From NCBI GenBank assembly GCA_051531975.1, contig JAOPTT010000002.1:601968-665967 (forward strand): a stretch of DNA of 64,000 bases, read 5' to 3'. Positions 51,069-59,944 of this stretch are shown here, in pieces. Numbering within the stretch: the first letter of the stretch is position 1; every line of letters begins with the position of its first letter. Made by a program: the position numbers and the translations under genes. The stretch is from Spirochaetaceae bacterium. Lineage in GTDB: Bacteria > Spirochaetota > Spirochaetia > DSM-2461. The notes under the pieces are model-generated. The model was given only the letters and a program-made list of their open reading frames with translations. It did not search any database and was not told where the DNA came from.

Positions 51069-51544
51069 AAAAAAAAAGCACAGAGCCTTTAAAAGACTAT
51101 CTGTGCTTACTACTGTGAGTGTTTATATCTCACTATAATCCCACGTAGGAGATTATCTTTATATTATTATGTAACTAACTTTTTTTTTCAATTAGGTGGT
51201 TCACCCTCATTATTCAATAATACAGCCCCCTCATAATCAGAATTTACTTCTAACTTACTAACTAACTTTATTACTAACTAACTAACTTAATTACTAACTA
51301 TTTTTAAAACTAACTTAAAAACTAACTAACTTAAAAAACTAACTAACTAACTTAAAAAACTAACTAACTTAAAAAACTAACTAACTTAAAAAACTAACTA
51401 ACTTAAAAACTAACTAGCGCTATAACTAACTTACAAACTAACTTACAAACTAACTTACAAACTAACTTACAAACTAACTTACAAACTAACAAACTTACTA
51501 ACTAACCTACTTATAACTATAAGCTCCAATATTAAATAGCGCAA
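51069..51544 (-). ncRNA. Putative small RNA, copy 2, with a 5' tandem-repeat expansion; coordinates include promoter and terminator
   Basis: TTGCGC-17-TATAGT promoter (51516-51544); conserved core shared with 3130-3347; GCACAGA/UCUGUGC hairpin plus U9 terminator; no downstream gene on this strand. Confidence 0.65.
51248..51507. repeat. Low-complexity tandem array of CTAA(C) units (UUAG on the minus strand)
   Basis: About five ACTAACTAACTTAAAAA-type units (from 51321), five exact AACTAACTTACA 12-mers (51424-51483), about 28 CTAA motifs in total. Confidence 0.95.
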
Positions 51545-51629
51545 TGTTTTTCTCATTAAATTGTAAAGAAAATAAAATAACACTTCGATTTCTTTAATAT
51601 TTGAAGTGCTAAAATAATAACAGTAATCA

Positions 51630-53120
51630 TTATATTCTACTTAGAAAACTATCCATATATTTGAATATGTTATCAAGTTTAACAGACTCAACTTTTGTCA
51701 TTTCAATATCTACGAATTCTTTTAAATCATTAAGAGGAATACCTTTCAGAGCTGATTTACCAAGCAGTGCTGCTCCAAAGGAAGTTGCTTCACTAATGTT
51801 AGTAATATACACAGGATTATCCGGGTACATTGATGCTATTAGTTTTATATAAACATCGTTATTTCTAAAGCCACCTTCAATATAAATAGGAGAACCTTTT
51901 GGTGCTTTAACTCTATCTATAGATACTTTGGTCTGGATAGCCAATGAGAGATTTAACACAGTATAGGCATATTCGTAGTTCTCAAAAAAACCGGGATTAT
52001 TATTAGTAGTTATTTCATTAGTGGAATAAATCCTCTTATCCTCAATTACCACTGGAGAAGTCTCAGGAAACTGCCCTGCCCCTTTCATTATTCCAGGAAT
52101 AATATATTCAGAATTTTTATTAATTATGGATTGTATTAAACCCATATCAAAATTGGGGTAATCCTCTTTATTGTTAATCTTTTTTATTAGAGTCATATAA
52201 GTTTCAAACTCTAGACCACCCATAAAAATAGCGGTTTTAACAAGATCCTGCTCTGCTGATATGTTATAAAATACAGTTTTCCCTATTTCATCCTTAGAAA
52301 ATGAGTACTCTTTTGTTGGGTGCATTACAACACACCATGTTCCAGTGGAATTCAGTATAAAATTATCATCACCCTTTAAAAGATATGGTATTAACGATGA
52401 GTTAGAATCATGAATCCCTACAGTAACAACAGTATCTTGGCTGAGTCCAGTTAATAACGCCATCTCTTTTGTTATAGTCCCAAGGACCTCGCCTGGATTT
52501 TTAACTTCTGTTGGTAATTTAGATTGAATATTTAGTTTATTAACTACATTTGACCATGTCCAATCTTTAAAATTCCATAAATATGTGTGGCACCCAGTAT
52601 ACGTATAATCAGCAGCAATTTTTCCAGTAAGTTTGTACCCAAAATAACTAGGATACATAAGAATATTTTCTGTTTTTTTATAATCCTCAGGATATCTTTT
52701 CTGAATAAAATAGATCAGTTTTGCTAGGTTAATTAACGGTTTAACCTGGGCTGTTCCTGTCTCTTCCTGAAGTGTATCAGCAGTGCCAACCAGATTATTA
52801 AATTCGTTGTGAAATTTTTCAGTTACTTCATTGGTATATGCTACAACAGGAACTGCAAGATCACCTTTGTTATCAATACAAACACATGTTGCTCCATGGG
52901 TTGAAATAGAGATCGATTTAATGTTGTATTTTTTACTAAATACCTTCAGGTTTTCATAAAACCATCTCTCAATCTCTTTTACATTTTCAACATCAAGTTC
53001 TCCATGATTAACTGTAGGGATTGAACTATAAATAGAATCAATCTGTCTTAATTTATCATCATAAATTACTATTTTTTTATTTGTCTTCCCAATATCCAGT
53101 ACTGCTATAACATATTCCAT
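51630..53120 (-). CDS. rhaB: FGGY-family carbohydrate kinase, probable rhamnulokinase
   Basis: VLDIGKTNKK, STHGA, VGIHDSNSSL, STGTW, IEGGF, ATSFGAA; downstream of rhaA and the aldolase. Confidence 0.75.
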   Translation of the reverse strand: MEYVIAVLDIGKTNKKIVIYDDKLRQIDSIYSSIPTVNHGELDVENVKEIERWFYENLKVFSKKYNIKSISISTHGATCVCIDNKGDLAVPVVAYTNEVTEKFHNEFNNLVGTADTLQEETGTAQVKPLINLAKLIYFIQKRYPEDYKKTENILMYPSYFGYKLTGKIAADYTYTGCHTYLWNFKDWTWSNVVNKLNIQSKLPTEVKNPGEVLGTITKEMALLTGLSQDTVVTVGIHDSNSSLIPYLLKGDDNFILNSTGTWCVVMHPTKEYSFSKDEIGKTVFYNISAEQDLVKTAIFMGGLEFETYMTLIKKINNKEDYPNFDMGLIQSIINKNSEYIIPGIMKGAGQFPETSPVVIEDKRIYSTNEITTNNNPGFFENYEYAYTVLNLSLAIQTKVSIDRVKAPKGSPIYIEGGFRNNDVYIKLIASMYPDNPVYITNISEATSFGAALLGKSALKGIPLNDLKEFVDIEMTKVESVKLDNIFKYMDSFLSRI

Positions 53121-53221
53121 TATTACTCCTATAGTGAAACTAAGCTGCGCTATTTTTTATATAACAACATCAGCTATAATGTAATTAAGGAGCACATATG
53201 ACTTTCATCATACATACCTTC

Positions 53222-54325
53222 CTATTTAGATTGAGAAAATCTATATTTTTCTACTTCCCAGTTTCGTATAAAATCAATTTTATCTTTTGGCATAAATTGA
53301 ACACCACCAAAACTTTCACAATAGACAACAATTTTTACATCATCTATAAATAACTGCTTTGCTTTATTTGCAAGAGACATTGTACTGTTAAAAGCAAACG
53401 CCCCAATGCCAGAAATTACAACTAATCTAGGATTGCTACCATTTTCTTTTACAAAATGAATCAGATTTTCTTTTAAATTATCAAGACTAGATGAATAAAC
53501 AGGTTTGAATCCATAATAGACTATGTGATCAGGAGTTAGAGATAACTTTAATGGAGCAAATGTTTCTTCTGTTTTTATTAAAGATAATATATCACTGTTT
53601 GCAAATGCTGTAACTTCAACACCTTCTATTGTCTCTTTAATGATCTGGGCTACTCTATCTGCGTCTGCCCTGTTTATATGTATCTGATTAACATCAGGAA
53701 ACTTAGTTACATGGTCTTTTATTGATTTAATAATACTGTCATATACTTTATCAATTTCTTCAATATTATGGCCATAAACAAATACACCATGATTCTGAAG
53801 GAATATCATTTCAGGGTACTCTTTACCACTTTTTACATGTCCATCAATTTTATCTTTAACTTCTTTAGACAGAATATAACCAGGATTAGTAACAGGAATC
53901 CAGATAGCCTTATCGCCAAACATTTTAGCTACAGCCTGTTCTCCCTCAATACTGCATGTTAAAGCATTTATTAATGCGGGATGTGTATGCACAACATATT
54001 TATATGGCAACAGAGCGTGCAAAAGTGTTTCTACACTAGGTCTTTTCTCTTTCTGACCCGGGAAACGTGATTCCATTAGATCAACTAGAACTTCTTCTTC
54101 CCTTACATCACTATCTTGTGAATAGGATTTAGACCATATGTTATCAAGTTTTTTAAGATCAACTTTTACAAAGCCATCCTCTGTAATTGTAGCAAGTTCA
54201 GTTCCAGAACCTTTTACATACATAAACTCTTCAGTTTTCCAGGATGTATTACCACCACCTGCAATAACATATTCAGTATCGACACCATATCTATTGGATA
54301 CGGCTATCAGGGTTTCCATACTCAT
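53222..54325 (-). CDS. Class II aldolase, rhamnulose-1-phosphate aldolase (stand-alone RhaE-type domain)
   Basis: AGGGNTSWK, VKGSG, RPSVETLLH, VVHTHP, LQNHG, TPDHIVY, NWEVEKYR; lacks a C-terminal SDR domain. Confidence 0.85.
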   Translation of the reverse strand: MSMETLIAVSNRYGVDTEYVIAGGGNTSWKTEEFMYVKGSGTELATITEDGFVKVDLKKLDNIWSKSYSQDSDVREEEVLVDLMESRFPGQKEKRPSVETLLHALLPYKYVVHTHPALINALTCSIEGEQAVAKMFGDKAIWIPVTNPGYILSKEVKDKIDGHVKSGKEYPEMIFLQNHGVFVYGHNIEEIDKVYDSIIKSIKDHVTKFPDVNQIHINRADADRVAQIIKETIEGVEVTAFANSDILSLIKTEETFAPLKLSLTPDHIVYYGFKPVYSSSLDNLKENLIHFVKENGSNPRLVVISGIGAFAFNSTMSLANKAKQLFIDDVKIVVYCESFGGVQFMPKDKIDFIRNWEVEKYRFSQSK

Positions 54326-55579
54326 CTATTTTCTCCCAGCCAATACTGTCTCTTCATATGTTTGAACATTTTCTATTAGCTCACGATCTGTAGCTACACC
54401 CATCTCTTTACAATATTGATCCCATATTATTCCAAAAGGTTTTGTTTTAACTTCTTCTAAAAGAGCTAATCTACCAAAATTGTTACCATTTTCTTCATAG
54501 GATTTAAGTTGTTTATAAGGTTCTAAAAGTGCAAATAGCAGACCTTTAAGTGAAGCTCTAGATCCTACAGCCCATGCTCCTATTCGATTTAAAGTACCAT
54601 CAAAAAAGTCTAGACCAATATAGGTATTATCAACTTTTCCAGAACGTACAAGTTCCTGCATTAAAGCGTAAATATCATCGTTTAAAGTAACAACATGGTC
54701 TGAGTCCCATCGTACTGGTCTAGAGACATGTAATAACATTTCATCAAGATACTGGTATAGAGATGATATTTTATCTGCAATAGATTCTGTTGGATGAAAA
54801 TGTCCAAGATCCAGGCATAACATTTTATTTCTAGTTAATGCATAACCCATATAAAACTCATGGGAACCAACAACAAAAGATTCACTACCAATTCCAAAAA
54901 GTTTACACTCTACAGCGTCTTTTATCTCTTTATCATCTAATTCAAGTGCAAAAACCTCATCAAGAGACTCTTTTAGTATTGTTCTGTGGTCCATTCGACT
55001 TACAACACTGTCTTTTGCACCATCTGGAATCCATAGATTATGAACTGAAGGTGACCCCTGTTCTCTACCAAAATATGCTGTAATCTCTCTGGCTCTTTTA
55101 ACGTGGTCTATCCAGAAGTCTCTAACTTTTTTATCTTTACTACTTAGAGTAAAACCTGAATCAGCCATAGGATGAGAAAAGCATGAAGCATTAAAATCAA
55201 GTTTTACACTGTTTTTTTTAGCCCATTCTACCCATGTTTTAAAGTGTTTTGGTTCTATCTGGTCTCTATCTACTTTTTCACCTTTAAAATCACCATAAAT
55301 AGCATGTAAGTTCAGTCTATGTTCCCCAGGAATAAGGCTATATACTTTTTCAAGATCCTTTCTTAATTCTTCCACATTTCTTGCTTTACCAGGATAGTTA
55401 CCTGTTACCTGAATACCACCACCTGATAGTTCTGAATCCGCAGTTTCAAAGCCACCAACATCATCACCCTGCCAACAGTGAATTGATAAAGATATCTTTT
55501 TTAGTTTTTCTATAGCTGATTTAACATCAACACCTATCTCTTCGTATTGTCCTTTCGCGTAATCGTACATATTAGTCAT
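54326..55579 (-). CDS. rhaA: L-rhamnose isomerase
   Basis: SIHCWQGDDVGGFE, TGNYPGKAR, NLHAIY, FGIGSESF, HVSRPVRWDSDH; start moved to ATG 55579 behind an AGGAG SD. Confidence 0.96.
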   Translation of the reverse strand: MTNMYDYAKGQYEEIGVDVKSAIEKLKKISLSIHCWQGDDVGGFETADSELSGGGIQVTGNYPGKARNVEELRKDLEKVYSLIPGEHRLNLHAIYGDFKGEKVDRDQIEPKHFKTWVEWAKKNSVKLDFNASCFSHPMADSGFTLSSKDKKVRDFWIDHVKRAREITAYFGREQGSPSVHNLWIPDGAKDSVVSRMDHRTILKESLDEVFALELDDKEIKDAVECKLFGIGSESFVVGSHEFYMGYALTRNKMLCLDLGHFHPTESIADKISSLYQYLDEMLLHVSRPVRWDSDHVVTLNDDIYALMQELVRSGKVDNTYIGLDFFDGTLNRIGAWAVGSRASLKGLLFALLEPYKQLKSYEENGNNFGRLALLEEVKTKPFGIIWDQYCKEMGVATDRELIENVQTYEETVLAGRK

Positions 55580-55675
55580 AATATAACTCCTGATTCTCTT
55601 TAATATATATTCATTATCAATCCGGAATCTATTTCTCACCTTGATTATACCGTCAATTAATAGCATAATTCCGTC

Positions 55676-56545
55676 ATGAGAGAAGAGCACCATTTACTTG
55701 GGGAAAACTTTTTTACTAGTGGTGAGATCCCTTTAAAAATCTTACATCGTGATCCACAGCCGGAATATCCTATCCATACCCATGATTTTTCTGAGTTAGT
55801 TATAGTACTAAAAGGTCAAGGTACTCACTTCACCCATAAAAATGATTTTAAAGTGCAGGCTGGGGACCTTTTTGTTATAAATGGGGACTTAGCCCACGGA
55901 TATAAAGACCTGGACAATCTTGTTTTAATAAATATTTTATTTGATATGCAGGCCCTGAAATTACCAAATTTTGATATAGGTCGATCCCCAGGTTTCCATA
56001 CACTTTTTACTATTGAACCACTTTTACGAGAGGATTCTAAATTCTCCAGTCGTCTGAAACTGGATTATAAAGAGATAGATTTTGTTATTAATTTAGTAAA
56101 AAAAATGGAAGATGAATTAAAAAACAGGCAAGATGGATATCACTATTTAACTGTCTCTCTTTTTATGCAGTTAATCGCTTATTTGTCCAGGTGTTATTCT
56201 GATAAATCACGTAACGATAGTTCGAGTCTCTACCAACTGGGGGAGACTATAAGTTTTATAGAACACAATCTGGATAGGAATATAACTGTTAATGAACTTC
56301 TTAATATTTCCCATATGTCAGAGAGCAGCCTTCTCCGTGCATTTAAAAAAATTACAGGGTCCTCCCCTCTAAATTTTCATTTAAAAAAAAGAATAGACAA
56401 GTCGTGTAAAAAACTTATAGAGAGTAATGATTCCATAACAATGATAGCCTATGATATTGGATTTAGTGACAGTAATTATTTTTCCAGGCAGTTTAAAAAG
56501 ATAAAAGGTGAAACTCCTGGAACTTACCGAAAAAGAAGCCGGTAA
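55676..56545 (+). CDS. RhaR/RhaS-like AraC-family activator
   Basis: PQPEYPIHTHDFSELVIV cupin, GFSDSNYFSRQF HTH; divergent from rhaA; TTGATT-17-CATAAT 6 nt before ATG. Confidence 0.88.
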   Translation: MREEHHLLGENFFTSGEIPLKILHRDPQPEYPIHTHDFSELVIVLKGQGTHFTHKNDFKVQAGDLFVINGDLAHGYKDLDNLVLINILFDMQALKLPNFDIGRSPGFHTLFTIEPLLREDSKFSSRLKLDYKEIDFVINLVKKMEDELKNRQDGYHYLTVSLFMQLIAYLSRCYSDKSRNDSSSLYQLGETISFIEHNLDRNITVNELLNISHMSESSLLRAFKKITGSSPLNFHLKKRIDKSCKKLIESNDSITMIAYDIGFSDSNYFSRQFKKIKGETPGTYRKRSR

Positions 56546-56557
56546 CCCAGTTTTTTA

Positions 56558-57628
56558 TTAGTATCCGCCGTATTTACGTCCCGTTTCATACATAGCCAGT
56601 ATATTCTCCAGAGGGGAATTGTCCTGAATACTATGGGCAGGAGAGAGAAAATATCCGTTCCCCGGCTTCATAACTTCAAGGGTGTGTTTCACATGGTCCT
56701 CTACATCTTTCACAGAGCCAAATGACAACTGATTGGTAGTGCTTATTCCACCGTGAAAAGAAGCCCGTGTTCCAAATTCCTTCATAAGATACTCTGGGCT
56801 CATATTATGACACTCGGGTTGTAAGGTATCAAAGGCCGTAACTCCCGCTTTTATATACTCTTCATAGGACCAACTGCTGGAGCCACAAGTATGGATCATT
56901 ACAGGTAGATTGTAGGATTTTGCCAGTTCGATAAAGGGTTTTTGCCGGGGTAGGATATGTTTTTGGAACATCTCCATGCTGATCATCGGTGCTATTTGAG
57001 TTCCCAGGTCTTCACCTATCCAGAAAAACTCCATATGCTTACCTACTTTCTCCAGCTCCCGTTCTGTCACTTCCAGCTGAATTTTTAGAAAACGGTCAAT
57101 AAGTAATAATCCCGCAGGTTCATCAAGGGCAAGATCCATGAACATCTGGTCCATACCTCGGAAAAACCCCGCTGTATTCATAACGCAGGAGAGCCCGGCA
57201 TTACCGACATGCATACCATAATCTTTATAACTTTCACAAACGTCACCTAGAACATCATAATCATAATCATCGGGAGAAGGCATTGGATAATTCGCCACAG
57301 TCTCTTCATCCGCTTCTTTTAAGGGGAAATCGCAAAAGTCCCAATAACCTTGACCATTTGAGTGCTCCACCCATCTTGTATTCCAGCCCCATAACGGATC
57401 AACCTTTCTTTCAGCTACTTCCTGATGAAGACGTGGTCCTGTATAAGGCGCGCCGATGGATCTAACATCGACACCGAGAGCCTGCCTAAGACCTTCGTCG
57501 TCAGTTTGATTCAAAGCAAAATGTCTTTTGAGCTGTTTATCTATATCTAAATTACCAAAATAATTAACCGGTACACGGTCTGTTTTTTCCCGATAAAGGG
57601 TGTTTTTTACACGTTCTCTTGAATTCAT
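56558..57628 (-). CDS. Uroporphyrinogen decarboxylase-family (MtaA/CmuA-like TIM barrel) protein
   Basis: MNSRERV..DRVP, RGMDQMFMDL, EDLGTQ, IHTCG, FHGGIST, ENILAMYE. Confidence 0.9.
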   Translation of the reverse strand: MNSRERVKNTLYREKTDRVPVNYFGNLDIDKQLKRHFALNQTDDEGLRQALGVDVRSIGAPYTGPRLHQEVAERKVDPLWGWNTRWVEHSNGQGYWDFCDFPLKEADEETVANYPMPSPDDYDYDVLGDVCESYKDYGMHVGNAGLSCVMNTAGFFRGMDQMFMDLALDEPAGLLLIDRFLKIQLEVTERELEKVGKHMEFFWIGEDLGTQIAPMISMEMFQKHILPRQKPFIELAKSYNLPVMIHTCGSSSWSYEEYIKAGVTAFDTLQPECHNMSPEYLMKEFGTRASFHGGISTTNQLSFGSVKDVEDHVKHTLEVMKPGNGYFLSPAHSIQDNSPLENILAMYETGRKYGGY

Positions 57629-57793
57629 AATATACCTCTATTAGTAGAATACCACGATAATTAGTTCAGAATAGTGGACATATAATCCATAATACAGGAT
57701 TATATATTCAACATTTGCAAAAAGGAGATACCCATCGATCCATTAATAAACTCAGTTATAATTTATTCTAACTATTACCAATTTGAACCATCT

Positions 57794-58600
57794 ATGATCA
57801 TTACGAATAGTGAAGTATACAGTAGAATGTTTCTCTGGTGTGAATCCGGTGCTGGAGAAATAACAGTAAATGGGAATCGATACAAATTTTCAAAAGGAAG
57901 CTACCTCATCCTACCCTGGAGACATACAATTACCTATAAGGCGGATAAGGCCATCCCATTTAATCTAGGTGGTATCCATTTAATCCCCTATTACTCCCCT
58001 TCCCTACCTTTTAAAACCGATGTAGCCCACAATAACCAGCAGGTCTGGTGGAAAGGGGATTCAATTAGAGATTTGGAAATTCCCCATTTAGACAAGGTTA
58101 CAGGCGGTCGGTTCAATAAAAACACAAAAGCATTGGAACGGCTGGTAGCCCATACAGTAGAATTGTATCACAGACAAAGATTTAGACGGATAACTGCCAG
58201 TTCACTTGCCCACCTTCTGTTTGAAGAGATTCGATTTGTAGTCGAGAACTTGGCTGTAAATTTAAACAGTACAGAATCCAGTAGGTTTGAAAGAATAACC
58301 GGATTTATAAGAGAAAATCTGGACAGAGAGATATCTCTTGACCAATTATGTGACTTGGGAGCTGTAAGTTTGTCCACACTACGTCGGCTATTTTTAAAGT
58401 CCGTTGGTGTTTCTCCCTATGAATGGATTCTCCAGGCACGTATTGAACGGGCACGTTATTTACTAAGAACCACATCAGAACCGATCTCTCAGATAAGTCT
58501 TCAAATAGGTTTTGAAGATCCCTCCTATTTTGTCCGCCTGTTTCACAAGAGAGAAGGACAAACACCCCACAGGTATCGTGTTGGGGCTTTTAAAATATAA
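57794..58600 (+). CDS. AraC-family transcriptional regulator
   Basis: HTH SLSTLRRLF..GFEDPSYFVRLF; frame open upstream to 57686, so the start is uncertain. Confidence 0.88.
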   Translation: MIITNSEVYSRMFLWCESGAGEITVNGNRYKFSKGSYLILPWRHTITYKADKAIPFNLGGIHLIPYYSPSLPFKTDVAHNNQQVWWKGDSIRDLEIPHLDKVTGGRFNKNTKALERLVAHTVELYHRQRFRRITASSLAHLLFEEIRFVVENLAVNLNSTESSRFERITGFIRENLDREISLDQLCDLGAVSLSTLRRLFLKSVGVSPYEWILQARIERARYLLRTTSEPISQISLQIGFEDPSYFVRLFHKREGQTPHRYRVGAFKI

Positions 58601-58674
58601 TTATGATATATAAAATTCAATCTGATTCCCATGTAAAAAATAATTATCTGTATGCAGTGGTGTCAATACTTATG

Positions 58675-59109
58675 TTAAGTTGCAAAGATTGCATTTACTG
58701 GGAAATCAGGAAAAGCTTTAACGATCTTCCCTAGTGTTTTGATGGTAGGATTCCCCTGCCTTTCCAACTTAACATAGGTATTTCTACTCTTCATTCCTAA
58801 TGCTTCTCTCATCTGGTGTTGAGTTAATTTGTGTTGATGTCTGTAGTGTCTTAGTAGTGTGATAAAAGCAACATCAGATCGAACCTCAACCATAAGGTAG
58901 TTGTTATGATTATTGTTTAAGCTTTCATCTGGTAGAGGATGAGAAGGGAACTTCGAGTCGATAGGTTCTTCTAAATAAACGTTCAGTGCATCTTCTGCCA
59001 TGAGTTCCAAATCTTCTATTGTATCACCTTGTGTAATACACCCTTTTAGCTCTACACACTCAGTAAAATAACCATCATCTTCTTCATGTATAACAAAATG
59101 GTATTTCAT
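58675..59109 (-). CDS. hicB: HicB-family antitoxin with C-terminal Xre HTH
   Basis: YHFVIHEEDDGY..ELKGCITQGDTIEDL..AEDAL; LTQHQM..TYVKLERQGNPTIKTL. Confidence 0.9.
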   Translation of the reverse strand: MKYHFVIHEEDDGYFTECVELKGCITQGDTIEDLELMAEDALNVYLEEPIDSKFPSHPLPDESLNNNHNNYLMVEVRSDVAFITLLRHYRHQHKLTQHQMREALGMKSRNTYVKLERQGNPTIKTLGKIVKAFPDFPVNAIFAT

Positions 59110-59287
59110 TATTCTATCTCCTTTAGCAAAGCTTTCTCTATGCCTGTACTTAAACTTTTACTCTTAGGGATAATCTGTGTATTATTCCCTTTCCTAAGTT
59201 TAGTATGACTTCCTTTGCCTTGACCTTTAACAATTATCCAACCCGCCTTTTTATACCTTTTATCATCTCTTTGCTAGAAATTGGCAC
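59109..59287 (-). pseudogene. hicA: HicA-family toxin with a 1-nt frameshift
   Basis: GTG start after AGGAG: MPISSKEMIK / YKKAGWIIVKGQGKGSHTKLRKG..IIP..LSTGIEKALLKEIE*; 179 nt, one base short in the ATAAAAGG A-run; TAATG coupling to hicB. Confidence 0.82.
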
Positions 59288-59316
59288 TAGTTGAACTCCT
59301 CTTTACTTTATACTTA

Positions 59317-59345
59317 ATAATACAACAGTCTTTATTGGATGTCAA
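59317..59345 (-). promoter_or_regulatory. hicAB promoter
   Basis: TTGACA-17-TATTAT upstream of the hicA SD. Confidence 0.65.
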
Positions 59346-59524
59346 CTATAGGTGTCAGTAATGTATTAGTAGATAGCTCTGTGACTGGCATGATGCTTAC
59401 CATCAAAACAAGCTCTGATTGGACATGCTTTAATAACGAACATATTTTTATCCCCGAATCAATATCCTGCTTAGATTCATTTCAAAAAAAAGCACACTAA
59501 ATATTCTAAAGTAGTAATTTCAAT

Positions 59525-59812
59525 CTGGATAAAAGAATAATTCAAGCGGAACTTGAGACAACGGCTAAAGAATATCCAATTATTACCATTATCGGTCCCA
59601 GGCAGTCAGGGAAAACAACCCTGGTAAAAAAGTGCTTTCCAAATTACAACTATGCAAATCTTGAAAATCCAGAACTCCAAACATTAACAATAAATGATCC
59701 AAAGAGTTTTCTGATTTTGCATAGCCCACCGGTAATCCTTGATGAAATTCAGAATGTTCCCAACCTTCTATCCTGGATACAGGTAATCACAGATGAAAAT
59801 CCTAAAATATGA
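59525..59812 (+). pseudogene. Truncated AAA_14/DUF4143-type ATPase
   Basis: YPIITIIGPRQSGKTTL Walker A and VILDEIQNVPNLL Walker B, then a stop; no standard start and no C-terminal portion. Confidence 0.8.
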
Positions 59813-59944
59813 CTGAGACCTGGAAATTGATACACAAAATATTAAGGTGAGGAATTTCAGGGACCTATTTACTAAAGATGTGTTGCTTTGATTTGTATAC
59901 ATTCCTCATGAAACGTCAGTAAAATTATGGGCATAATTTAGTAG

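Noticed and set aside
51248..51507. CRISPR array, DGR or retron-type interpretation of the tandem repeats
   Set aside because: Units are 12-21 nt and head-to-tail with no unique spacers; no cas or reverse-transcriptase gene is in the window.
55580..55693. 38-aa N-terminal extension of RhaA given in the ORF track
   Set aside because: It overlaps the divergent regulator's start and promoter; ATG 55579 has a good SD and gives a normal RhaA length.
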